This document shows positions 7,917-18,041 of a DNA stretch of 64,000 bases, piece after piece. The notes under the pieces were generated by a model. It saw nothing but the letters and a program-made list of their open reading frames with translations, had not been told where the DNA came from and made no database searches. A program made the position numbers and the translations under genes. The stretch covers positions 84,670-148,669 of the forward strand of contig DFQC01000007.1 in assembly GCA_002377585.1 (NCBI GenBank), read 5' to 3'. This DNA comes from Anaerolineales bacterium UBA3499. Its GTDB lineage: Bacteria; Chloroflexota; Anaerolineae; Anaerolineales; UBA11657. Every line of letters starts with the position of its first letter. The stretch's first letter is position 1.

Positions 7917-10643
7917 GTGGATGGATTGGTGACAGAAAAACTATTGAATTTTAGAAAGTACGTTCCACTAATTATCATAGTAGTATTAGCTGGATTATTA
8001 CGTACATATCAAACTGGTGCCGAGTTCTTTGGCGGTGACGATGCTTACATTAGTATCAAAGCTGTCCAGATAGCGCGTTATGGTGAGACCCATTTATTAG
8101 GACCACCTTCTTCATTAGGGTTAGTTCACTCCCCTTTATCAGTATATTTATATGCCATACCATATCTTATAAGTCCTGATCCTGTTGGAGCACAGATATT
8201 TACGGGATTGATGAATACACTTGCAGTGGCAATTTTGTATTTGATCACCCTCAGATACTTTGGGACGAGAGCAGCAATTATTGCTTCATTACTATATGCA
8301 GTGCATCCTCATATGGTCTTTGCAAGTCGAGTGATAAATAACGCGCAGATTGGAGCACCTTTTGTTTTGTTATACCTTTTGTCTGGTTTACTTGGATATT
8401 ATGAAAACAAAGGATGGGCCAGAATTATGCATTTGCCTCTACTAAGTCTTGCGGGCCAATGTCATCCTCATACATTTGCGCTTGCACCATTATCAGTCAT
8501 GATATTTATACAGTCTATGATTGTTCAGTCTGATAAGCGGCGCATGATATTCATGCAAACTCTTATTGGTGCAGGCGTGTTTTTATTGTTGCTTGTACCA
8601 TGGTCTATTGGAATTTATGGGTTTGCCGAACATGTAGATATATTACATAGAGTACAAAATATGCCTTCGACAGGAGAAATCCAAGACCAAATAATGTTTG
8701 GGGGTATTGGGCATATTGTGCAATCTATCTATCATCTGGAGAGAATTTCAGACAATTGGCTAAAGCCTTTACAGGCCATCATAACAATTGTTGCTATTGT
8801 GTGGATGTTTTATAGATCGATACGTGCTCGGAGAATTCTGCCTGGATTGACAATCATCTTGTGTTTTATGCTTGTCCCCATTGTAACTTGGTTGATTCAA
8901 GCTCATTGGGTGGTAGATTATTGGTGGCCCAGTCTGCCAGCTGTATTTATGATCCAAGGCGTATTGTTAGGAGGGATTAGTAAGCGCAATAGATTTTCTA
9001 GTCATAGTAAATCTACGGTTCTCGGTAAAGGCTTGTCAAGAAGCACATATCTCAAATGGTTGGGGTCTATATTGGCTTTGGTTTTATCATTTACTCATTT
9101 GGTGGAATATCTAAAGTCAGACTATCCTCCGCCGCCAGTCTCGCTTGATGAGCTGGTAAATGCAATGGAAGTTGCAGTAACTAGGTCTAATGAAAATGAT
9201 AAGGAACTAGTGGTACTGCTAGCTGATGGACACAGGGGATTGCCATGGGCTTTTCTGCGGGAATATGCTTTGTTGAAGTACGGTTTGGAGGGATTTTTAG
9301 TAGAACCTGACCAGCCGATACCTATTCCTATGCAAGGAGCTGTACTGATAGGGGACGGTAATAATGATAGTCGGAATACACTGTTTATAGATGGAGAAAC
9401 TACTTTTGCTAGAGCACGATTAGCATTTCTTCCTTCTCAAGACCAGTTTGATGTGGATGTTAGATCTGTGACGCCTTTTGTTTTTGAAAATCAAGTTACT
9501 GTTAACGGGTTTTATCTACCATTATCTGATAGCAAACCTGTGCCGGGTGAAACATGGACCATATTTATGATAATGGAGTCTAACAGTGTGGTTGCTGAAG
9601 ATTTCAAGGTGTTTGTACATGTTGTGGATGAATATGGCAACAAATATGCGCAATCTGACCAACGTGGCCTGGGGGGACAAACGCAGACCAAGACTTCAAT
9701 GTATGCAAGTCAGTTTGACCTGTTGCTATCTAACGATTTACCAGTTGAGGGTAATCTTTATCTTCATTTTGGCATGTATGATGATAGTGGTCAGGTGAAG
9801 TTGCTGGAAATAAATGAAAATGCCATTAGTGATATTGGTGATATTCAAATTCGTGGAGTGAGTCCTGCCATATCTGTTTGGCCTAATGGATTAGAATTGC
9901 TTGAAGTTGAAATTGATAATCAAATTCAGCAGGGACCACCTGTGATTGTGAAAACCAATTGGCATTCCTCGAGTGATTTATTGTCTCATCCTAAAGTGCA
10001 ATGGAATATATATGATACTGATGATAATAAGGTGTTTCAAGATATTATTAACATCATTCCAGCAGATTTGAATGAGTTTTGGCCTCAAGGAGTATTTTAC
10101 GCAGCAATGCATGAGTTGAGGGTTCCTACTGATTTACAACCAGGGAAATACACTTTGGAGTTGGATGTGACAGACACATCCAAGCGTGAATATTTTAATC
10201 AATACGAACAAAGTTTTGAAATTATAGAACGAGAGCGCATATATGATTTTCCGGACCCTAGTAAAGTAGTAGGAGTTGTTTTCAGTGACAAAATCAAACT
10301 TATAGGATATGAGTTGGATAGTGACCAATCCTCGTTGAATCTTACATTAGTTTGGCAAGCTGCTGGAAACATCACTAAGGACTACAAATATTTTGTTCAT
10401 ATAAGTAAGCAGGATAAAGTGGTCGCTCAGGTGGATTCGATGCCACAAAAATGGGCATATCCAACTTCTTGGTGGGCAACGGGAGAATTCGTTGTTGACG
10501 AATTAACTTTTGATATTAGTAATATCCAGACTGATGATTATGTGATTACGCTTGGGTTTTATGATCCTGAAGATGGCAAGCGTCTACGCGTGCATCTACC
10601 TAACGGTAAGCAATTCGAGGAAGATAGGGTAAGTTTGCAATAA
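7917..10643 (+). CDS. Large membrane GT-C-type glycosyltransferase (ArnT/PMT_2-like N-terminal half) with a ~480-aa extracytoplasmic C-terminal region containing two copies of an uncharacterised repeat
   Basis: 908 aa with a GTG start. The first ~400 aa contain many hydrophobic segments. An acidic GGDDAY motif (8031-8048) follows TM1, as in GT-C catalytic loops. The C-terminal half holds repeats FKVFVHVVDEYGNKYAQSD (about 9604-9660) and YKYFVHISKQDKVVAQVDSMP...YPTSWW..GE...Y.ITLGFYDP..GKRLRV (10379-10600). Confidence 0.7.
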   Translation: MDGLVTEKLLNFRKYVPLIIIVVLAGLLRTYQTGAEFFGGDDAYISIKAVQIARYGETHLLGPPSSLGLVHSPLSVYLYAIPYLISPDPVGAQIFTGLMNTLAVAILYLITLRYFGTRAAIIASLLYAVHPHMVFASRVINNAQIGAPFVLLYLLSGLLGYYENKGWARIMHLPLLSLAGQCHPHTFALAPLSVMIFIQSMIVQSDKRRMIFMQTLIGAGVFLLLLVPWSIGIYGFAEHVDILHRVQNMPSTGEIQDQIMFGGIGHIVQSIYHLERISDNWLKPLQAIITIVAIVWMFYRSIRARRILPGLTIILCFMLVPIVTWLIQAHWVVDYWWPSLPAVFMIQGVLLGGISKRNRFSSHSKSTVLGKGLSRSTYLKWLGSILALVLSFTHLVEYLKSDYPPPPVSLDELVNAMEVAVTRSNENDKELVVLLADGHRGLPWAFLREYALLKYGLEGFLVEPDQPIPIPMQGAVLIGDGNNDSRNTLFIDGETTFARARLAFLPSQDQFDVDVRSVTPFVFENQVTVNGFYLPLSDSKPVPGETWTIFMIMESNSVVAEDFKVFVHVVDEYGNKYAQSDQRGLGGQTQTKTSMYASQFDLLLSNDLPVEGNLYLHFGMYDDSGQVKLLEINENAISDIGDIQIRGVSPAISVWPNGLELLEVEIDNQIQQGPPVIVKTNWHSSSDLLSHPKVQWNIYDTDDNKVFQDIINIIPADLNEFWPQGVFYAAMHELRVPTDLQPGKYTLELDVTDTSKREYFNQYEQSFEIIERERIYDFPDPSKVVGVVFSDKIKLIGYELDSDQSSLNLTLVWQAAGNITKDYKYFVHISKQDKVVAQVDSMPQKWAYPTSWWATGEFVVDELTFDISNIQTDDYVITLGFYDPEDGKRLRVHLPNGKQFEEDRVSLQ

Positions 10644-10650
10644 AATACAT

Positions 10651-13350
10651 ATGACTAATCAAATTTATAGATTTACTTACCTACCAATAGTAATTGTGCT
10701 TCTAATAGCGTCAGGTTTGCGTTGGATGGATGTTGGTGTGGAAACTTTTACAACTGATGAAGCTGTGCATACTATCAAAGCTTTAGCTATTGCTAAGTAT
10801 GGAGAGTTTGGATTGTTAGGCCCACCGATGCCTTACTTTAGTTTCCGTGGATGGCATGGTCCTGTATCAATCTATTTGTATGCTCTGCCATTACTCATAA
10901 AGGCTGATCCTAGATTAGCACGTATGGTTACTGGAGTGTTTCATATACTTGCAACATCCTTAATATATGCTATTGGGAATCGATTTTTTGATAGACGGGT
11001 AGGAATAATTTCAGCACTATTGTTTGCTGTCCATCCAGAAGCAGTTTTTATGTCTCGTGGAATATGGAATCCCACACTACAGTTACCTTTTGCACTCGCA
11101 TACATGTGGACCGGACTACTTGGATACCTTGGTAGAAATAAATGGGCAAGGATTTCTCATTTACCTATGCTTACATTAGGTGGGCAGTGTCACCCAGGCG
11201 TGTTTCTCCTGTTTCCTATATCTTTAGTGTTTTTAGTTGTTGTGTGGCGGAATCATCCTGAAGAGCGGATTAAAGTAATTCGGCAGACATTAGTTAGTGC
11301 TGTATTAGCTGTTGCCTTGACAACGCCATGGATTCTAGGTGTGTATCTTGATAATATAAATAATGTCTCAAACTTTGCTATTGCTGGTACAAGTATCGTG
11401 CAATCCAATGCTGGCAGTGACAATCAAGGCTATTATCATATGGCTACTCGCATATATCAACAACTAGGCAACTGGCAATTGGATTGGACCCAACCAATAC
11501 AACCAACAATCACTTTGATGGGAGTACTTGTTTTGACAGGAATGGCACTAATGCGTCGAAAAAGTGCTGCTGGTGGATTGATTGCTCTCGGTTATATATT
11601 GCCTCCGTGTATGTTATTCATTCTCTCCGCGCGTTATGAAGATCATTTTATTTGGTCCAGTTACGGTTTTGCTTTTATAGTCCAGGGTATATTTGTAGGT
11701 AAAGTGTTACCGGGTGTAGGAAAAAGATGGGGACAAAGACACTATTCTCGTATAGGCATGCGGACAATTCAATGTATAAGATATATAGGCATTCTAATAT
11801 TTGGCCTGTTAGTAGTGACTCATGCATTCTTCAACATTAGATACGACCTTGGTCTTGGTCGCGTTTCTCTGGATGATCAGATCGCTGCTTTGGATGTGGC
11901 TGGAGAACGTGCGATGAAATCCAATCGCGATTTATTGATAATTGCTTCAAGCGATAAGATGCAATGGGAGGCCTTACAAGAATTGAGGAATGCTAGAGTG
12001 GTTTGGGAAGACCGCGCCATGCCTTTGAGTACAAATGGAGCGATTTTGTTAGGCAAAGCAGATTATGAAGGACGCCCCTTTGTTTTCTCTGAAGGAGAGA
12101 TTAGAGAGGGAGGTTTTCGTGTTACAGAATTGTCTCCATCAGCGAGCTTTAGTGCGGATTTGTTGCCGTTACATCCGATTTCACTATCCAACGGAGGAAC
12201 TTTCCTGGGTTTTGTTACGGACTCCAACGACATCGTTCCTAAGCCTGAAGAAATATGGACCATTCATCTTATTGAGCGCATAGATTTTGTGTCGGAGCAT
12301 AATTATAAGGTTTTTGTACATTTGTTGGATTCAAACAACACAAAATATGCTCAAGCAGATTTACAGGGTCTTCCAAAGGCACATCAGAAGGTGGGCGAAT
12401 ATGTTCTTCATACAATATCATTAGTGGTGGACAAAAATTTGCCCATTGGTGTACCTCTTATACTGAGTTTCGGGGTTTATCCTGATTCGGATCATGATAT
12501 AGGGTTTGATACGAGTGAAAACGGCTTAAGCAGCTCTGGAATTATTGAGATAAAGGCCACTGCAGATAGCCTAGCACGTTCAGATTATATAGATTTATTA
12601 AATATCGTGGTAGACAAGGAAATAGTTCAAGGACAACCACTTAATGTTGGTGCTACATGGCAAGTAGTACGTCCCACATTAGCAGATATTGGTTTACGTT
12701 GGAATATCCTCTCTTTAGAAGGCAATCTAGTTTTTGACTCTGAAACAGATATTACTTTGGATCAGGTCAAGAACACATTCAGTACTGGATTAGTGTTTAC
12801 CAATCAATATTTTTTACGCTTAGATACAGATATACCTTCAGGCAATTATGTGTTGACAATGGACGTGGTTCAAAATGCAAGCGATAAACCAAGAGCAATA
12901 TATAGTTTGCCAATTGAGATCATGGATAGTGAACGCAATTTTTCTATGCCGCAGATACAACACCAAAAATCAGCAAATTTCAATGACGAGCTGGCTTTGC
13001 TAGGATATGATAGTGTTCATAATGGTCTAGACGTTGATTTGACTTTGTATTGGCAGTCATATAGTCAAGTTGAACATGATTACAAATACTTTGTACATAT
13101 GTGGCATGATGATAGACTAGTAGCTCAAATAGATGCCACACCGATAAACAATGAGTATCCGACATCTTGGTGGGCTCCTGGCGAAATATTAGACGAGTCA
13201 GTGAAATTGGCAGCACCATCGGCTGGCAATTACACCTTAACTACAGGTTTCTATGATCCAGACACTCAAGAAAGATTGAAGGTTGTGCTTCCAGAAGGTA
13301 ATAATATGACTAACGAGTGGATTGAGTTGTACAAGATGTCTCTGCCATAA
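10651..13350 (+). CDS. Paralog of the preceding GT-C glycosyltransferase with the same duplicated C-terminal module
   Basis: 899 aa. Collinear similarity to 7917-10643, for example LGPP...YLYA.P.LI..DP, AVHP..VF.SR, GLLGY...N.KWARI.HLP.L.L.GQCHP. Has a TTDEAV acidic motif (10751-10768). Repeats: YKVFVHLLDSNNTKYAQAD (12301-12363) and YKYFVHMWHDDRLVAQIDATP..EYPTSWWAPGE...YTLTTGFYDPDTQERLKV (13078-13290). Confidence 0.7.
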   Translation: MTNQIYRFTYLPIVIVLLIASGLRWMDVGVETFTTDEAVHTIKALAIAKYGEFGLLGPPMPYFSFRGWHGPVSIYLYALPLLIKADPRLARMVTGVFHILATSLIYAIGNRFFDRRVGIISALLFAVHPEAVFMSRGIWNPTLQLPFALAYMWTGLLGYLGRNKWARISHLPMLTLGGQCHPGVFLLFPISLVFLVVVWRNHPEERIKVIRQTLVSAVLAVALTTPWILGVYLDNINNVSNFAIAGTSIVQSNAGSDNQGYYHMATRIYQQLGNWQLDWTQPIQPTITLMGVLVLTGMALMRRKSAAGGLIALGYILPPCMLFILSARYEDHFIWSSYGFAFIVQGIFVGKVLPGVGKRWGQRHYSRIGMRTIQCIRYIGILIFGLLVVTHAFFNIRYDLGLGRVSLDDQIAALDVAGERAMKSNRDLLIIASSDKMQWEALQELRNARVVWEDRAMPLSTNGAILLGKADYEGRPFVFSEGEIREGGFRVTELSPSASFSADLLPLHPISLSNGGTFLGFVTDSNDIVPKPEEIWTIHLIERIDFVSEHNYKVFVHLLDSNNTKYAQADLQGLPKAHQKVGEYVLHTISLVVDKNLPIGVPLILSFGVYPDSDHDIGFDTSENGLSSSGIIEIKATADSLARSDYIDLLNIVVDKEIVQGQPLNVGATWQVVRPTLADIGLRWNILSLEGNLVFDSETDITLDQVKNTFSTGLVFTNQYFLRLDTDIPSGNYVLTMDVVQNASDKPRAIYSLPIEIMDSERNFSMPQIQHQKSANFNDELALLGYDSVHNGLDVDLTLYWQSYSQVEHDYKYFVHMWHDDRLVAQIDATPINNEYPTSWWAPGEILDESVKLAAPSAGNYTLTTGFYDPDTQERLKVVLPEGNNMTNEWIELYKMSLP

Positions 13351-13359
13351 ATCAATATC

Positions 13360-14439
13360 ATGAGGATATGCTACTTTGGTGCATTCGATCTCTCGTACAC
13401 TCGCAACAATTTCATACGTTGTGCTTTAGAGTTAAATGATTGCCAAATAACATACTGTAATGTTCCTCAATCTTGGCCAACATACAAGAAAGTCTTACCT
13501 TTAATAAAACAATACAGAAAAGTTTGGCGTGAGTGTGATTTGATTGTGGTGGCAGAATTTTGTCAGACAGTGGTACCCTTGGCTTGGTTGCTAGGTCAAA
13601 TTACAGGTCGACCAGTGATTTTTGATATGGTGATTGGTCTATATGAAGCTAGTGTGCTAGAACGTGGCAGATATACAATTAACAGTTTTGCGGCAAGGAA
13701 ACTATATTTTATAGACAAGATTGCTTGTATGTTATCAAAAAAAGTATTAACAGGCACGATTGCTTACAAAGAGTATTTGGTCAATGAGTTTAAGATTTCT
13801 TCAAAAAAGGTACAAGTAACCCCGTTAGGTGTTAACAACAATTTATTTTTTCCGAAACCAAAATCAGAAAGTAACACAGACAGATTTATCATCATGTATC
13901 ACGGTTCTTATATACCTAATCATGGAGTTGAGACAATAATCAAAGCAGCTGCAAACCTAAGCCAATATCAAGGCCTTATTTTTAGACTCATTGGTGATGG
14001 TGAGGGGAAGTCTCATGCTATGCAATTAGCTGACAAATTAGGTGTTGAAAACATAGAATTCTTATCGAAAGTTCCTTTTGAACAATTATCTCATCACATT
14101 GCTAACTCGGATATCGTTCTCGGGGTTTTTGGCGATACTTCTCAGGCTAGGAAAGCAATGGCCAATAAAATACTTGAAGGTCTTGCTATGCAAAAACCTG
14201 TAGTGACTGGGAACACGATGAGCATTTGTGAAAATTTTAAGCATATGGAACATTTGTGGTTAGTTCCATTAGCAGATGCTGGTGCGCTTGCTGAGGCATT
14301 GGTTTCGCTATCTCAAGATAAGAAGTTGATGACTGAATTGGCTGAATCAGGTTGTTTGCGTGTGATTGACAGATTGACCCCAGCTGCAGTAGGCAAGGAT
14401 TTGGTCGATAGTTTGCATATCATAATAGAAAGTCAATGA
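13360..14439 (+). CDS. Glycosyltransferase, GT-B fold (GT4-like)
   Basis: 359 aa. Has YHGSYIPNHG, GDGEGK and ANKILEGLAMQKPVVTG motifs in the positions of GT4 donor-binding elements. Weaker match than its neighbours. Confidence 0.6.
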   Translation: MRICYFGAFDLSYTRNNFIRCALELNDCQITYCNVPQSWPTYKKVLPLIKQYRKVWRECDLIVVAEFCQTVVPLAWLLGQITGRPVIFDMVIGLYEASVLERGRYTINSFAARKLYFIDKIACMLSKKVLTGTIAYKEYLVNEFKISSKKVQVTPLGVNNNLFFPKPKSESNTDRFIIMYHGSYIPNHGVETIIKAAANLSQYQGLIFRLIGDGEGKSHAMQLADKLGVENIEFLSKVPFEQLSHHIANSDIVLGVFGDTSQARKAMANKILEGLAMQKPVVTGNTMSICENFKHMEHLWLVPLADAGALAEALVSLSQDKKLMTELAESGCLRVIDRLTPAAVGKDLVDSLHIIIESQ

Positions 14440-15641
14440 TGAAATTTATTTATCTTACTAATTCTCGTTTGCCAGGTGAGAAGGCACATGCCATACAGAT
14501 TATGAAAACCTGTGCTGCGTTGGCTGCTGATGTTACTATAAGATTAGTACACGCAAGAAGAGTAAATAGACCTTGGTTACAATCAATTGTCGATCTGCAA
14601 AAGTATTACAAATTGCCTCGTGATGTCGAACGAAGATTGGTATATTCACTTGATCTTTTCAGTATCGTACCTAACCTGCCATTTGGGAAATTTTTAGCTT
14701 ACAAAGTTGTATTTGCGATTCAGACCATAACTTATCATATTGCGTTACTTCCATTGTTATTAACTAGCACAGCAGATGTGTATTACACGCGTGATAGCTT
14801 GACAGCAGCTCTATTAATTATTTTGAGAAAGGAAAATGCTAGCACGGTAATTTATGAAGCGCACAAGTATCCTAGTAGTAGATTAGGATTAGCACTTAGT
14901 AGGTGGTTATCTAAGAAGCTCGATGGTATTGTTGTTCTGACTAATATTCTTGCAACCAGATATCTGGAGTTAGGTGTTTCTGAAAAGAGAATATCAGTTG
15001 TGCCGGATGCAGTTGATCTTCAAGATTTCGGAGTTTTCAGTAAATCTGCAGCTCGTCATCAATTAAGTATTGATGAAAACATGTTTGTGGTTATGTATGT
15101 AGGGCATATGTATCATTGGAAGGGTGTAGATACTTTGGTTGAAGCAGCTTCAAAATTAAGTGACAATGAGCAGATTTGGTTAGTTGGTGGTACGCCTGAG
15201 GAGTTGCCACGTATAGAACAGCTTGCTAAACAATTGGAACTTACCAATATCCATTTGGCGGGATATGTACCTTATGAAGATATATCCACCTATATGGCTG
15301 CTGCTGATGTGTTAGTTATCCCTAATAGCGGAGATTCGGACATATCTAGATTTTATACATCGCCAATTAAATTGTTCGAATATATGGCTGCTAAGAGACC
15401 AATCATTGCTTCAAATCTACCATCTTTGCGAGAGATCATTGAACATGATGAGACAGCTTTGCTTGTGCAGCCCGATAGCCCTAGCTCACTAGCGATAGCA
15501 ATTCAGAGATTGCGATCCGACTTACATTTGTCATCCCGATTAGTAGATAATGCTACTATATTAGTTAGTAAACACACTTGGTCTGTGCGAGCGAAACGTA
15601 TACTCAGATTTATTGATAGTGTAATGAGTATGTCTGATTAA
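14436..15641 (+). CDS. Glycosyltransferase, GT4 family
   Basis: 401 aa. Has GHMYHWKGVD, and YTSPIKLFEYMAAKRPIIASNLPSLRE (the SP.KLFEYMA motif common in GT4 enzymes). Confidence 0.8.
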   Translation: MMKFIYLTNSRLPGEKAHAIQIMKTCAALAADVTIRLVHARRVNRPWLQSIVDLQKYYKLPRDVERRLVYSLDLFSIVPNLPFGKFLAYKVVFAIQTITYHIALLPLLLTSTADVYYTRDSLTAALLIILRKENASTVIYEAHKYPSSRLGLALSRWLSKKLDGIVVLTNILATRYLELGVSEKRISVVPDAVDLQDFGVFSKSAARHQLSIDENMFVVMYVGHMYHWKGVDTLVEAASKLSDNEQIWLVGGTPEELPRIEQLAKQLELTNIHLAGYVPYEDISTYMAAADVLVIPNSGDSDISRFYTSPIKLFEYMAAKRPIIASNLPSLREIIEHDETALLVQPDSPSSLAIAIQRLRSDLHLSSRLVDNATILVSKHTWSVRAKRILRFIDSVMSMSD

Positions 15642-15691
15642 CAATTGCTTGGCGGATTGTCACGTATCTTTGTAATAGTTATGGTTGTATT

Positions 15692-17257
15692 ATGCTCCAA
15701 CGTATATTTATATCTACTGGTATCATACTTTTAGCTGCTTTCTTAAGATTTTGGCAAATTAGTAATGCTCCATTAGGACTGAATTATGATGAAGCTCTCA
15801 ATGGTTTGGTATCGTCTCAGGTATTGAATGGAGAGCATCCGGCATTATTATCTCTAGATGACAGTAGGGAACCTTTACATTTCTATTTGACAGCTATTTC
15901 ACTATCGATATTGGGTAATACACCTGGAGCATTACGTATTCCATATGTGATATGTAGCTTGATACTAGTGGGATTTGTTGGGCTACTGGGTAAGGAACTA
16001 TTTGATCGTAAGATTGGATTGTTAACTGCCCTGTTATGTGCCTTCACGGTTTGGCCAATGTATTTGGGACGTTATGGAACGCGATCCGTGGTGTTTGCTG
16101 TGATGATTGCTATGGCACTATATTTTGCTGTCTATGCATCAGGCAGACGTGATTTGTATCTTTGGATTATCGCAGGTTTCTGCTTTGGTGTTTCTCATTA
16201 TACATATACAGTCAATTTGTTTGTGATACCTGCCATTATTGTAATTGTGGTTGGAATGGTACTGTGGTATCGCAATGAAATTTTTTCCAACTGGAGAGGA
16301 ATGCTTTTGATGATATCTATTACTGTGATAGTTGCTCTGCCCATATTGCTTTATCGAAGCGAGTTACTGGCACAGTCATTTTCGCGTCCGCGCAGTCTAT
16401 CAGTGTTTTATGAGGGACAAGGATTTAGTGACCTACTAAGGACAATATGGATACAGGCAGTTTTAGTGATGAGAATGTTTTTCATACGAGGGGATGCTAA
16501 CCCCCTACATAACATTCCGGGTCGTCCAATATTTGACTTGGCTATGACTATACCTTTGTTGTGGGGCTTTGTTAGAAGTATTTCTGGGCACTACCGGTCT
16601 CGAGGCATGCTAATGTGCGCTTGGATATGTGTGTTTTTGTTACCAACTTTTATGTCAAAGAGTGCTCCACATTTCTTGCGTTCTGTAGGTGTATTACCTG
16701 TACTTTTTATGGTTCCAGCACTTGGTTTGAGAGGTATGTACAATTGGCTTAAACGTGTGACCGATAAGTTTATAAGTCTGGTGCTTGTATCAGGTTTGCT
16801 CGGAATATCGATAATTTTTTCAGTGCGCGATTTTTTCATTAACGATTTTTTGAATGAGCCATATGTGTTTAGGGCTTATCAGGGTGATGAGACATCATTG
16901 GCGTTGCAGATCAATCGACGATTGTCGATTGGTTGGACAGGGGATAATTTGCAAGTTGAATCGAATGGTGTTGCTGCAAGTGTAAATGTATGGGTTGAGT
17001 CCGAGGTATGGGATAGAAATCGTTATGCTGAATTTCTTGTGCCAGGGCAGCCAGGTGAGATACCAGGATTCCATTTGTTATCTTCATCTACAAAATTACC
17101 CAACAGTGGTGGAGTATTATTTGTGCATCCGCAAAATACTGATTACTGGAAATCAAATATTCCTAAAGGAAGAACAATCGATTTGGAAACTGGTCCTTGG
17201 CTATTTGATTCACTTAATCACACTGCCGAACCAATATATCAAATTATTTCCTGGTAA
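15692..17257 (+). CDS. Membrane GT-C glycosyltransferase (ArnT/PMT_2-like, GT39/GT83-type)
   Basis: 521 aa, polytopic. NYDEAL acidic motif (15782-15799) directly after TM1. The overall hydrophobic pattern matches polyprenyl-phosphate-sugar-dependent transferases. Confidence 0.75.
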   Translation: MLQRIFISTGIILLAAFLRFWQISNAPLGLNYDEALNGLVSSQVLNGEHPALLSLDDSREPLHFYLTAISLSILGNTPGALRIPYVICSLILVGFVGLLGKELFDRKIGLLTALLCAFTVWPMYLGRYGTRSVVFAVMIAMALYFAVYASGRRDLYLWIIAGFCFGVSHYTYTVNLFVIPAIIVIVVGMVLWYRNEIFSNWRGMLLMISITVIVALPILLYRSELLAQSFSRPRSLSVFYEGQGFSDLLRTIWIQAVLVMRMFFIRGDANPLHNIPGRPIFDLAMTIPLLWGFVRSISGHYRSRGMLMCAWICVFLLPTFMSKSAPHFLRSVGVLPVLFMVPALGLRGMYNWLKRVTDKFISLVLVSGLLGISIIFSVRDFFINDFLNEPYVFRAYQGDETSLALQINRRLSIGWTGDNLQVESNGVAASVNVWVESEVWDRNRYAEFLVPGQPGEIPGFHLLSSSTKLPNSGGVLFVHPQNTDYWKSNIPKGRTIDLETGPWLFDSLNHTAEPIYQIISW

Positions 17258-17351
17258 CTTGATGGGTAATTTTTTTAATAATATGAAAATCGCCCTTGTC
17301 CAAATTGATTCATGGTTTATAATGCCGGCTTAGCACTTGTGAGGTTTTGGT

Positions 17352-18041
17352 ATGAGTAAACGTGCACAGACTCGTGTTGAACAGCAGGGTAAAAAACGTA
17401 GGCAACGTTTCATTTCAGTTATGGTGATTACTATTGCTGTGGTACTCGTCGCCATACTTATCATTAGGCAGAGCAATCAAGATGCTGTTGAGATAGTGTC
17501 TGTGGATAAAGAGACACCTGCATATGCAGACGGGAAAGCTTTGGGTTCTATGGGAGCTCCGGTCTTGGTACAAAGTTTTTCAAATTTTCCTTGTCCGCAT
17601 TGTCGTACACTTGCTAGAGATGCTGCTTCACAAATCGAGAGTAATTTTGTTGAATCTGGACTTGTTCGTTATGAATATCATTATGCAACCTTTGACCAGT
17701 CGGTAGGTAGATTTGCTGCTGAAGCAGCTGAATGTGCGAATCAGCAAGGTGCATTTTGGCCTTATCATGATATTCTATATGCTAATCAGACTGGAGTTCG
17801 TGATCAATACTCAGAGCGTAGACTGATTGCATTTGCAGAAGATTTAGATCTTGATGGTCGTGAGTTTCGCGGCTGTCTTGATGAAGGGAGATCTAGTGCA
17901 GTTGTTCAGCAAGATGCAGAGCTTGCTTCTGAAATGGGTGTGAATGCAACACCAACAGTTTTTATAAATGGAGAAAAGGTGGAGGGGTCTATGCCATTTG
18001 AGGTCTACAGAGAAATAATAGAACGTGAGCTAGACGGTTAG
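17352..18041 (+). CDS. Membrane-anchored DsbA-family thiol:disulfide oxidoreductase
   Basis: 229 aa. A basic N-terminus is followed by one TM segment (FISVMVITIAVVLVAILII). Has a thioredoxin-fold CPHC active site and a NATPTVFING cis-Pro loop region. Confidence 0.8.
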   Translation: MSKRAQTRVEQQGKKRRQRFISVMVITIAVVLVAILIIRQSNQDAVEIVSVDKETPAYADGKALGSMGAPVLVQSFSNFPCPHCRTLARDAASQIESNFVESGLVRYEYHYATFDQSVGRFAAEAAECANQQGAFWPYHDILYANQTGVRDQYSERRLIAFAEDLDLDGREFRGCLDEGRSSAVVQQDAELASEMGVNATPTVFINGEKVEGSMPFEVYREIIERELDG

